Positions 23,871 to 34,949 of a DNA stretch of 56,985 nt are shown piece by piece. The number at the start of each line of letters is the position of its first letter. Positions within the stretch are counted from its first letter, which is position 1. Under the pieces are notes generated by a model. That model did not search any database, was not told the DNA's origin, and was given only the letters and a program-made list of their open reading frames with translations. The DNA lies in assembly GCA_003427395.1 (NCBI GenBank), contig BFEA01000002.1, positions 6,820,862-6,877,846 of the forward strand, in the 5' to 3' direction. A program made the translations under genes and the position numbers. The stretch comes from Chara braunii (lineage: Eukaryota > Plantae > Charophyceae).

Positions 23871-25764
23871 AGGTGACGATTCTGGCAATCCACCCTGAAT
23901 AGGGGAGATTCTGCCATTAGTCTACCTTTGCTTTGGGCACTGGCGTAGAGGTAGGCTTAGACTTAGTTGACACATAGCTATGAGTGAGGATGTACTATGA
24001 AGATTCATCCCCAAAGGGTGATGTGTTAGTTTGGACCTTGACCTGTCTCATGGTACAGGCTTTTCTTGGACATTCGATTCAGGACTTGGGCTAGTGTCAG
24101 CTTGATTCTACAAGGATCACCTTCTGTTATCACTGATAATAGGTCGGTTGCCGATTCGTCGGTCTACGACTCAATTCTAACTCACTCTCCATACCCAACC
24201 CAAAAGGCTAGCCCTGGTGACTTTATTGTTTGTTGAGGGTTTCACCCGGACTTTTATTGAATGGCCATTTGACAAAGTTACTGAGTATTTAATTATGGTT
24301 GGTCGGGCGGGAGATTGGCGCTTGCATGGCTAAAGCAAGGGGTATGAGTGTGGAGATTGGTTGGGGTTGACTCCGTGTAGTGCGTGGTTGCTGCTCGATT
24401 CTTCGATGTGATTGCAGGTAGACCTTGTGGCTCGGATTTGGATTTGGGGTTGCCTGCGATCTCATATATGTACTTATGGCTGTAAGAAGTCCCACAGTGC
24501 CTGTGAGCAGTGATCGTCGCAATTTTATCTCCCCTATGTGTGTATGCTTGGGTGTATTTACTGTGGGGGTTCGCGAGGACGGGGCCGCGATTACCACATA
24601 TGACTGGCATCGTTGCTCGGTATGGGATTGGTCAGCAGCCGCGCGGCCTTATGTAAAAATTTTGCGTGCGATGCTTCGCCGCCCCAGTGTCTAAGAGTTA
24701 TGGGATTATAAGGCTCGCACGTAGACGCAAACGCCTTAGATTATCGTAGGCCGTAGGCATCGCCCGAGGGAAGGGAGGGTACCCCAGAAATCATGGCCCC
24801 GGTCGGAACAAAGGGGGGATCCTCGGCCTATTTGTTTGCTTTTTAGAGTTTTTATGGTTGGACGTTAAAGTCCGTGGAGGCTGTCAAAGTCAAACCCCTT
24901 GATGTCTGACCGCGACGACAACTTAAAGTTGTCTACTCAACCCCTCTGCACAGGATGCAAAAGAGGGTGTGGTTTTCAACCACACATGGCGGTTGTCCAG
25001 CGTCGAGAGATTAACCCTCCAGGCGCGTGTCAGTCGACACTTGAGTGTCGAACGCGACCCTCGAGATTAGCGAGGGCCGCGCGAGTATGGGTACTACATG
25101 GTACACCATCATTGCGACTGCTTACGTGCGTTTGCATTGCTAAGTCGATATGAGTTAGCCCTGCGCCCGCGCGATTTTTATACTGAGTCTCGCGCGCGGC
25201 GCCCATCCGATCTCCGCGTCGGGAAGTTATGGGACGGCTAATGAAGGGACTAGGAGTGTTGTCGCGTTGTTCGATGTGTGTGTGTGTGTATTTTATTTTT
25301 TTTGTTTGTTAGAGTGGTGTGCGTGTGGTGTGCGAGATGCGCCCTAGTCGACCGACGACGAGCCGCGCTTGGGACCTCAGCCCCCCAAGATGACGGTTCG
25401 CGTGCGGGTCCGATAGGCGTATTACCGCCCGTACCCCCTATGCTACAGCGAACGAGAAACACCCTCCGCTGGTCCACCTCTGCGATTGCAACTGAGTAGC
25501 TTTCGTACTGTGGACTGATAGCTCGGCGGGGATAAGCCCACCGAAGGAAGGTGACAGCTCCCGTAAGGTGGAGGTAAGTTGTACCTCGCGTAGGCCCTAT
25601 CTTGTCGTAGGGGCTCGCGAGAGGTATGGCTGGCGCACTCGGTCGGAGCAGCCTAAAAAAGGTTCATTTGTGTGTTCGCGACAAGGTTGGCCCAAATCCT
25701 GCGTGATGCGACTGAGAGAGTCCCGCCCTGCCGCGTGCGGTGCCAGACCGATGCGCTCGACAGG

Positions 25765-25782
25765 TGGCGCCGTTGCCGGGGA
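25765..25782 (+). promoter_or_regulatory. Primer-binding site, tRNA-Asp(GUC)
   Basis: TGGCGCCGTTGCCGGGGA is the complement of the 3' 18 nt of plant tRNA-Asp, the PBS also used by Athila elements. Confidence 0.95.
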
Positions 25783-26173
25783 TAACGAAAGCCTACCGTT
25801 GTCCCTGGTGGAACGACATCCGGGTATGAGAATGAGGGAGAACTAGGCACATGAGTGGATAAAGGTAGAACTATGAGACGAATCGTATAGTAATCCATAT
25901 GGCTGTGTGCGAACGTATGCTGATCTGATTGATGGTTTGGCTGATGGCGTGAACGAGATGAGTATGTGAGTGAATTATGTGATGAGAATGGGTCTTGCTT
26001 AGGTGAACCCAAGGGAGGTAGGAAGTAGAGAAAAAGATGTCTGTTAGGTCCAGAGCGTCGGGTGTTTAGGTGGTCGGTCCGATAGGATCGTGAAGGAATG
26101 GACTGCTGAGTGGAACCTTTCGTCCTATCGCTTCTTATAACAGGGGGATTGAAGCCGAAGGCAGTTAACCAAA

Positions 26174-29100
26174 ATGCCTGAGGAGATGGCGGACGGTGGG
26201 AGAAAGCTTGTAACGCTCGACGACCTCATTGATGCCCTGGATAAGCGCGAGAGAGCACCGAGCAATGCCCCGAAGGTTGATACTTTCCACTTCAAGGGAG
26301 AACGGGTGTCCGACTGGCTGGACCTGACGGAGCAAGCACTGGTGGGGCTGTCGGACGAGGTCAAGCTCCAACGAGTCCTAAGATATGTCCTTCATAGCCA
26401 CCAGCAGGAAGTGGGCAAGGTCGTGGATGCCGCCAATGGTAGTTGGGCGAGGTTCAGGGACATGATGCAGAGAAAGTACAGGTTAGGGGATGACTTGCTA
26501 ACCATGGCGGATTTGGAGGCCATGAACAAGGATGACTTTTCCACGATTGGGGCGTTTGTGCACGAGTTTAAAAGGAAGGCGCGGAAGGTGCACGAGATCT
26601 CCGAAGAAACGCAGTGTGCCATATTTTTGTGTCTGCTTACTGGCTCGGAGGCCTCGGAGCTGACGGGTCACGGAGGGGGAAATGAGAAACTCACCTGGGC
26701 CACTATCGACAAAGGGGTGGAAGAGGGGAGTCTGGACCAGGTGAGGCAGCACCAGGTGTGGCTGCAAAGGCGCAAGAAAAAGGAAAGGGACGCCACCGCA
26801 TCCGGGACCCCAGGGGTAAAGAGGATCGTCACGGACGTATTAGCAGCGCTGGGGTATGATAATGAGGCGGAAGTGCAAAAGAGGGGAGTGACCGTGGCCC
26901 AAGGCCGGGCGTCGGGGGCAGTGGAAGAGGAGGCTAGGCGCGAGGACTATGGCGGAGAAGAGACGGGCTCCCAGATCCTAACCAAGGCCCAGAGGAAGCA
27001 GCGAAATTTACAAGTGGGGGGTCAAGGATCCGAAAAAGGGCAGGTCCCGCAAGCGATTGCTGCGCCGCCACCTGCTGCCACGACAACGTCAGCGACGGCC
27101 GGGCCGTCATGTATGGGGCCGCCGGCGGCTTGTGGGCACTGGGTGCCGCATTGTCAGCCTGCACCCTGGCCCAGTTGTAATCACTGCACCTCGTGCGGGG
27201 GTAGTCAAACTCACCCCGGGCAAATGGTCCCTTATGCGGGCCCAGCGGTAAGTATGGGGCCCCCGAGCTACCTTGCGGCTCAGGGTCAGTTTGTGGCCCA
27301 ACCACCTCCCTCCCAACAGGCCTCGCAGGCTAGCGTGGTCGGTGGAGGAAACCAAGGACAAGGCGAACAAGGCAATGGAGGCCGAGGTCAAGGGGGTCGA
27401 GGAGGTGGCGGCCGCGGCCGGGGAGGAAATGGTGGGGGTCGTGGGGGTCGTGGGGGTCGTGGGGGTGGTTGGAATGGTCAAAGGGGCCAGAACCAAGGTG
27501 GTTGGGGCGGCCAGGAGGGGGGCCAAGGGTATGGGAGGCCCCACTTTGATTGACGAAATGCCACCTGTTGGCATTGTGGCGATGTAGGCCACACTGTGCG
27601 GTTTTGTGAGCGGCGGCGGGAGGATGAATTGTCAGGGTTAATCTCCTCCTGTATGGACGGGGATATATATGACAAGTGGGGAGAGCATATCGACCCCAGG
27701 ACCCCGGGAGGAATCAGGCAAGAGGCTCTCCGACGAGCGGCAGCAGGGCCCACAACACCCCCGACAATGTTTAGGATGTAGCAGGAGAAGGAAAAGCAGA
27801 CCGTAAGAGTCGAGGAGATTGTAGGGGACAGTGAGGAGGTCACCCAGTGGCTAAAGGCAGGGACTATAAGGGAGGAGCCAATAGTCGTCGAATCGGATGA
27901 CGAGAGGCAGAAAGGCGAGGGAGAGCCGACCATAGTCCTCCTGGGAAGGATGGAAGATCTGCTGGAAAAGGTGGGAAGATACCAGCGGAAGTTGCAGGCC
28001 CTGTGTGAAGAAGCCCGAGAGTGGGAGACCAGTCTGCCTGAGGTCTTCCTTTATGACTCCGGACCTGAGCCTTTGCCAGGACAACAGGGGTGCCCAAGAG
28101 TGGCGACTGTAGGGACGAGCCCTAGGTCAGGTATGGCCTATAGACCCCCCACGTCGCATGGGAGGGTACCGCAGGCGGCTCGGACTAGGAGCCAAAACAA
28201 GGTCGGGCCTAACCAAGAGCCCAGTTAGGCACCCCCTCGAAAGGAGCCTGAGCCAGAACGTAGGAAAGAGGTGGTGGAGGTCCCGGAGGAAGAGGAATAG
28301 GATGACGATGAAGAGGATGAGAGGCTCCGACAGGAGGAGGATCAGCGGGCGGAGCTGAGGGCCAAAAAGAGAGGAGGCCGGGAGGAGGCCGAGCCAAGCC
28401 TGCCTGACAACGTGCCTCAGAGGAAGAAGTACGCGGTTCGGATGGAAGAAGGCCTTGATGTGGAGCGGATGGTGGACAAGCTCCTGGAAGACCATAATGA
28501 CTTGATAAACTTAAAGGATATCCTGGCGTCGGCGCCAAGGCTCCGTGGGGAGTTGAAAGGGCGACTCTCGCGAAGGCTGGTGCCAAATGTCCATCTAAGT
28601 ACGGTCCTGTCCAGGGAGGTGGAGTGGACTGAGGCAGAGACAAGGATGGATTGGAAATGTGTGGCGTGCGGGCAGGTGGATCTGGTGATAAAGAACCAGA
28701 AGTGTACTGGGATGGTGGACACGGGCACAGAAATGAACATCAACAGGGAGAAGGAGGCAGTGATGATAGGCATGAAAATCGACCGCTTGGACCATGGCAT
28801 GTTGCATGGCGCTAACTGCAAGGCCGCTTTTTGCGGCACAACGTCTAATGTGATTATAGAGATTGGGAAGATGCGAGCCAGGACTTGCTTCTTCGTCATG
28901 CCCGATATTGATCACCCCATCCTTCTGGGGCAGTCGTTCCTATGCCGAACGGAAATGTTGATTTTTAATAAGCACGACGGGACAATGATCCTACTCCTAT
29001 GCGACCCAGCGTGTGGGAACTACGAAGTTATCACCTGCCGAAACACGGGGCCGGGAAGCGGAAGGAACAGGCCTAACCTAGGCTCGTTCACCTTCGAGGA

Positions 29101-29410
29101 ATCAGAGAACGAGCGAAGACGGCTTTGGGAAGTGCCCGAGGAGAAAGATAGGGCTGAGGTGCTGACACTGAGCCTCACAGATGTGGACAAGGCCATGGAG
29201 GTGGTGTCGGCTCACAACATGGCGGATCCGGAGGCCATTAAGGCATTGAGGGAGCAGGTTTTGGAGAACCCTCAAGTGGGAGAGGTGGAGTTGGTATATC
29301 AGCTTCCAGGAGGGAGAGGAGGCCCTGCAATGGCCCAGGCCCGAGCGACAAGTCGACCTTTTTTAGGGGAGGGCTTAAGCAGGGTTCCCAAAGGCGGTAC
29401 AAGACCATAG
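26174..29410 (+). pseudogene. gag: gag-protease frame (capsid, Gly/Arg-rich tract, CCHC zinc knuckle, aspartic protease) with in-frame stops
   Basis: ORFs 26174, 27596, 27950 and 28412 share one frame. Motifs are CWHCGDVGHTVRFC (27566-27607) and protease MVDTGTEMN...ILLGQSFL. Stops lie at 27551, 27779, 28226 and 28298. Confidence 0.92.
29359..29365 (+). promoter_or_regulatory. Candidate -1 ribosomal frameshift heptamer T TTT TTA
   Basis: Correctly phased in the gag-PR frame (CCT TTT TTA GGG); the -1 frame reads RGGLKQGSQRRYKTIDKNCSPVP and is the RT frame. Confidence 0.75.
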
Positions 29411-32400
29411 ATAAGAACTGCAGCCCAGTTCCCGTGCTCGCCACAGAGGATGAGGAAGCCTATTACGAGCGGGAGCGAGGATTGATACGGCGTATGCGGG
29501 AGCATGCATTGGCCGGGCCATGCCGTATCAACGACGAGAATGAGGGAAAGCTGATAATCGGGGAGCCCGACTTCCTGTCGCCCTAGGAAAGAGCATTGAT
29601 GGTGGGGCTGATGAAGAAAAGACATCGCGCGTATGTGTTCAATGATGACGAGCGTGGGAGGCTGGATGTGGACAAGATTCCGATGATACGAATCCACACC
29701 GTTCCACACGAGCCATGGAATCTAAGGGGCGCGCGATACCCAAATCGGGATGAGGAGAAGAAGGTGGTGGACCACCTGGACGGCAAGATGCGGACGCACG
29801 TGGCCGACTATTCCAGTGGACCGTACGTGTCGCCTTGGTTTTGTTTTATCAAACCAAATGGGATGCTAAGGTGGGTGCAGGACTTGCAACGGCTAAATGC
29901 GGTGAGAGTGCGGGACACGGGAGAGTTGCCGAACGCGGACGCGCTGTCAGAGTCGTGCGCAGGGAGGCCTATAATCTTGACTATAGACCTCTACTCAGGG
30001 TACGACCAATTCCCTGTATACCCGCCAGACAGGCCCGTAACGGCGATGCACACACCCAGAGGGTTGATTCACATGAACGTGGCGCCTCAAGGTTGGACGA
30101 ATGCGGTGGCGATGGTGCAAAGGCATATGATCAGAGTCATGCAGACGGTCAACCCACATATCACCCAGCCCTACATCGATGACCTGGCGGTCAAAGGTCC
30201 GAAGGAGGAGGAAGACAAAGTGATTCCCGGTGTGCGGCGCTTTGTCTGGAAGCATGTTCAAGACATCGATCAGGTTCTAGGGTTATTGGAGGAGCATAAC
30301 CTGACGGCGAGCGGCCCCAAGTCGAAACATTGTATGAGGGAGGCCACGATTCTAGGTTTTTGTCTGTAATGAGAGTGGGCGAAGGCCTGACATAAAGAAA
30401 ACAGACAAAATTCTTGAATGGCCGGCGTCCTTCCGCTCGATAACAGATGTGAGGAGCTTTCTTGGGACGTGCGGATTTTGGAGGAGCTTCGTGAAGGACT
30501 TCGTCACGAAGACGGAGCATTTAAGGAAGTTGGTGCACCAGGATCAGGAATGGGTCTGGGGCGAAGACCAGGAAGAGGCAGTCGGTAGGATGAAGGGAGA
30601 GTTTAAGGAAGGAGGCTTGGTATTGGGAGCGCCAAACTACGAGGCCATGGAGGAGAGATCATTCGTCATTGAGACGGACGCTGGGCCAACTGCCTTGGGA
30701 GGAGTCCTAATTCAGGCGGATATTGAGGGGAAGGAGAGGCCGCTAAGATTCGAAAGTCGCACCCTCAATACAACTGAGAGGAACTACTCTTAGTTCAAGA
30801 AGGAGACGCTGGCGGTACTTCATTGCCTAAGGACCTTCCGAAACTATGTTTTTGTTAGGAGGCTCATCTTGAGGGTGGACCTTACTGCACTGGCATGTTC
30901 CCTGAAGAATTATACTCCATCTGACCCAACCGTCGCAAGATGGTTGACCTACATTTGGATGTTTAATTTCGAGCTGGAAAGGATCCCAGGGAACAAGAAC
31001 AGGGCGGATGGGTTAAGCCGCATCAACTGGGATGGATCGGACGAGGAATCGATAGAAGACACCCCACCAGTTGATGGGTTCTTGGATCAAGAGGAGGACG
31101 TCCGCCTGCACATAAACGAATGGTCCCTGCGAGTGCCGAGTTGCGTCAGTCATCCCATATGGCTAGCACCAATGGGGTACGAGCAGAAGAAAGAGTTAGT
31201 CCTCAAACCCTTTCAGGAGGAGGATCCGTGGGGAAGTAAGGATGTTGGTTGGATGATGAAGTTGGCGTTGGCAGGAACGCACAGTCTGGTGGAGGAAGTG
31301 AGGACAATAGAGGAAGGCCCCACTCAGGTAGAGGAGCATGAGCAGCTAATGAGAGGGATGTACCTGCTCACCAATACGCTCCTGCAAGGAGACTTCGACC
31401 GGAAGGGCTCGTTCAGTCATGAGGAAGGTGAGATTTTAGTTCCTGAAAGTCAGGACGACGAATTTGAGGAAGTAGAAATCAAGGAGGCGTTTCGGGCGGA
31501 GGAGTATGATGGGGTCTACCGGGAATTGGGGTTGCTCCTATCACGTGAGATGAGGGATAGAGAGGAAGATGAGGCACCTCTATGTGGTAAGAGACGGTCA
31601 CTTGTTTATAAAGCAGCAGGTCGGGAACCCCAAGAGGATCGTATGTGGGAGAAACCGGCAAACCGATATCATAGCAGCCCTACACGATGGTATAGCAGGA
31701 GGGCACAGAGGAATAAGTGCCACATGTACGAAGATAAGCGAGCTCTACCATTGGGATGGGATGCTGACGATGGTTATCAAATACTGCCGGTCCTGTATAC
31801 CTTGCCAAGAAAGGTCAGCGCAAAGGCCTGGGGAGCCCCTACACCCAAGGTTGGAAAGGGAAGTGGGTGCGGTCGTACACCTGGACCTGTTATTCATGCC
31901 AGCAGGGGAGAATGGGTGTAACTACATCTTCGATGCACGGGATAACCTTACTGGGTTTGTGGACGGACGAGCTATCTGGACAAAGAATGGCCCGATCTTG
32001 GCGAACTGCATCGAGGAGTATTACCTGCGATATCCTTTTGTCAAGGAGTTCGTGATGGATCGAGGATCAGAGTTTACCTGCAATGAGGTGAGGACGTTGC
32101 TTGCAAGGTATGGCGTAGTGACCAACTATACTACGGTCGCGCACCCTCAAGCGAACGCTCCTGTGAAGAGGGGGCACAGTACCATCACGAATCTCCTGGC
32201 TAAGTGGACAGAGGGCGAGCCTGGTCAGTGGCCAAAGTTCCTATGGGCAGCTATCTTCGTGGAAAATGTTACTGTAAAGAGCACTACCAATTTCGCGCTA
32301 GCCACACTATGGTATGGGAGGCACACCACCTTTCCCATAGAAAGCTTTATGAAGACGTGGAGGCGCCAAGACTTGGAAGTAAACCTATCCTTCGAAGAAC

Positions 32401-32735
32401 TGCTCGATATTCGGGCGAGGCAAGTGGGGGCGGCCGAGGAAAGATTGCGAGAGGCCGCTGGTCAGGTAGAGAGGAGTCGCATGGAAGACAAGATGAGGTG
32501 GGACCAGACGGCGCGAGTAAGGAAGGAGCCATTGGCAGTGGGGGACGTCGTGTTACTGTACGACTCCTCCCTGGAGAAGCAATGGTCGAGGAAGCTCGAC
32601 AAGAGATGGATGGGCCCCTATAGAATTTTGCGATGTGACGAATTTGGGGCCCATCAGATCGAGGAGCTGGACGGGACAGGCTGGCAGGATTGGGTATCAG
32701 GGACCAGGCTGAAGAAGTTCGTGCTCAGGGAATAG
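29359..32735 (+). pseudogene. pol: pol: reverse transcriptase, RNase H, acidic linker and integrase with GPY/F module; stops and two frameshifts (~30360, ~31565)
   Basis: RT motifs LRWVQDLQRLN, IDLYSGYDQ, PQGWTNA, YIDD. RNase H motifs ETDAGPTALGGVL, NRADGLSR. Integrase motifs LHDGIAGGHRG..CIPCQ, VHLDLL, MDRGSEF, HPQANAPVK (E>K), WMGPYRI. Confidence 0.95.
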
Positions 32736-32855
32736 GTAAAGGACTCTACGTTCTCTAGAGTGAACTAGTCCTTGATGTGTTGCATATTACGGCCAGGGTA
32801 GATGAAGGAGTAGGAAAAGGCATGTGTGTTATCATAAAGCTTGATGGGCTGATGG

Positions 32856-32901
32856 CTAACCCTGTTGTGTGCCTGCTTGCTTTCTCTCGCCTGTTGTGCA
32901 G
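32856..32901 (+). promoter_or_regulatory. 3' splice acceptor upstream of ORF3
   Basis: CTAAC branch point (32856-32860), pyrimidine-rich tract GCCTGCTTGCTTTCTCTCGCCTGTTG, TGCAG|G at 32901, then ACAGCCATG at 32924. Confidence 0.7.
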
Positions 32902-32923
32902 GTATGACTTTTCGAAGACAGCC

Positions 32924-34949
32924 ATGCAGAGGGGCGGGAGGGGTGCGCGGCCACGACAGAGGCCTCAGGGAACATCAGGAGGGGATGACTCGCACAGACC
33001 GTTTGGGAGGGAGTCTACGCCTATCTTTGACGACGATAACATAGAGCTTTTTCTAGACTCCTACCAGGCACATGTGGCACGGGAGGGCTGGTCTACCTTG
33101 GAGAGGATACAACATTTGAGGGGAGTTGGGCGTTTAAAGGAGCCCATCGCACACATTCGGGAGGAGGCGTTGACCTGGCAGGATGTGGAGGCGAGGATGC
33201 AGATGTTGAGGGCTTCGCCGTTGGGACCGGATGGGCTGCCTATTCGATTGGAGGAAGGCAATGTGGAAGAGTTCATCCCGGCCTATGAGCAGTATATGCG
33301 CGACCAGGGGACTGGGCAGGAGGAGTGGATGCAGACACTGCCCCTCTAGACGCAGAGGGCAGAGAGGCCGTTGGCGAGGCAGATCCGGGACAAGGCACGC
33401 GACTGGGAGGACTGCCAGGCCCAGTTGAGACAACCATTTCGACGACTGGAGCCCGAGAGACCGGAGCCCAGGGTGGAGAGACGACAGAGGAGTAAGAGGC
33501 CACGGGGCCCAGAGGCGAGAGGGGCCACTACGACCAGAGGGGGCCGAAAGGCCTTGACACAACGAGATGGGCCAGCAGAGGCCGCCCAGGCGGTGGAGCC
33601 AATTCAAGCCGCGGGGCCAGCTCAGGCGGCGTAGCTACCCCCTACCTATGGACCCGAGCGGGTGGAGTTTCGCCGAATCACGGGCAGTGATCTACGGGGC
33701 CCGTCGCCGACATTACCAGAGGGGGGAGAGGCGGTGCCATTTAGGACGCTGCTCGACAGGTTGGAGGCTCATCTCGATGCGTCCCAGTGGGGGGCGTCAC
33801 AGCTGGGAGCGGACCAGAGCGGACCGGCACGGTATGAGCCAGTAGAGGATGAGCCAGAGGAGGAACCACCTGAGCCGGGGCCTGAGGCGAGGTCTTGCGA
33901 ACCCGGGGAGCCACAGACTAAGGGGGTTATGACTGTTGGGGATGATACCCCTCCTCCTACCCCGATTCCGAAACAGGCACGACAGTATTGGCCTGAAGGG
34001 GTTCTTGAGCCGGACAGCGAGGAAATGTTGGGGCCTCCATCGGAAACTACTACGCCACCTCCGACGCAGACGAAGCCAGAGGAGGGCGAGGGAGCGAGGA
34101 CACCTACTACTATGGTACCACATCTAACTGAGCCTACAGGTGAACGCATGAATGTGGAGGTGCCGACATCCGGAGAGCCTCCGCCAGAGCCGCCACCCAC
34201 AGAGGAGGGGACGAGTGAGAGAGACCCACTGCGAGAGGCCCGTGGGGCGAGGGCAAGGAGGCCCTCAGGGGAGAAGAAAGAAGAAAAGTGCGTGAGGATG
34301 CAGGTACGCCTCGAGGAGTTATACCAGGAAAAGATTAGGATGGAGGCCGCAGGAGAAACGCCGAAGCCACCGATTGACCCTCCGACGAGCGAGCAGAGGA
34401 TTAGTAAGGCCAACTATGAGGGTGAGAGGGATGCTGCTCGCCTGAGGTCACGAGAGGTGGGACAGGAGAATGCGAGGGTGGACGAGGCACGAGAGACAGG
34501 GGACTTGGGACTTTCAGCCGCCAGGATGGGGATTGAGCGTGCAGATAGGAGGATAGGTGAGGTGGCGATCTCGTTCTTCCAACGGTACTCCATGCTCAGC
34601 GATGAGTTGGCGGCCTCGAGGTTAGAGGTGGGACAGTTGTCCACCCAGTTGGGAGAAGAGAGGGCAGAGAACCAAGCATGGAGGTCCCGTATGCAAGTCA
34701 AGGAAGCGGAATGGGAGAAGAGGCTCCAGGACATGGCGGCGATGGTGGAAAGACTCTCGGCCACTAAAATGGTCGACTGGACGGAGCAGAGCCGGTATGG
34801 TATCCAGGGGAAGGAGGTACAGGGGCTCTTTGGCCGGGAAGGGACGACAGAGCCACCTCAGCAAGGAGGTATGAGAAAGGTATTCCTGGACCCAATAGAG
34901 GCGGCAGCACAGCGGGAGGCCGAGGAGGGAAGGTTCAGCTTCAGGACGC
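32924..34949 (+). pseudogene. Extra ORF3 in the env position: two tandem Gag-capsid-like modules, Pro/Glu-rich linker and coiled coil; two stops; truncated by the nested insertion
   Basis: ORFs 32777, 33371 and 33662 share one frame (TAG at 33347 and 33632). The modules are PIFDDDNIELFLDSYQAHVAREGW..LTWQDVEARM and PIRLEEGNVEEFIPAYEQYMRDQG..RDWEDCQAQLRQPF. Confidence 0.75.

Larger units (their letters stand above)
18925..25762 (+). repeat. 5' LTR, 6838 bp
   Basis: TGTCGGCGCG...GCGCTCGACA termini (TG..CA, imperfect inverted repeat); PBS 2 nt downstream; homologous end to end with 5718-14488. Confidence 0.9.
18925..34949 (+). mobile_element. Decayed autonomous Ty3/Gypsy LTR retrotransposon (no chromodomain seen, tRNA-Asp primed), interrupted at 34950; its 3' LTR is not in the window
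   Basis: LTR-PBS-gag-PR-RT-RH-IN order, followed by an extra ORF. Confidence 0.95.

Noticed and set aside
5718-25762. LTR1 and LTR2 as the two LTRs of one element
   Set aside because: They are far too diverged, no PBS follows LTR1, LTR2 has its own PBS, and the flanks of LTR1 rejoin
33769-34413. 214-aa minus ORF and other antisense ORFs over gag/pol
   Set aside because: Shadow frames of GC-rich coding sequence with no motifs
32924-34949. Envelope glycoprotein
   Set aside because: No signal peptide, transmembrane helix or Cys pattern in the visible part; the C-terminus is outside the window
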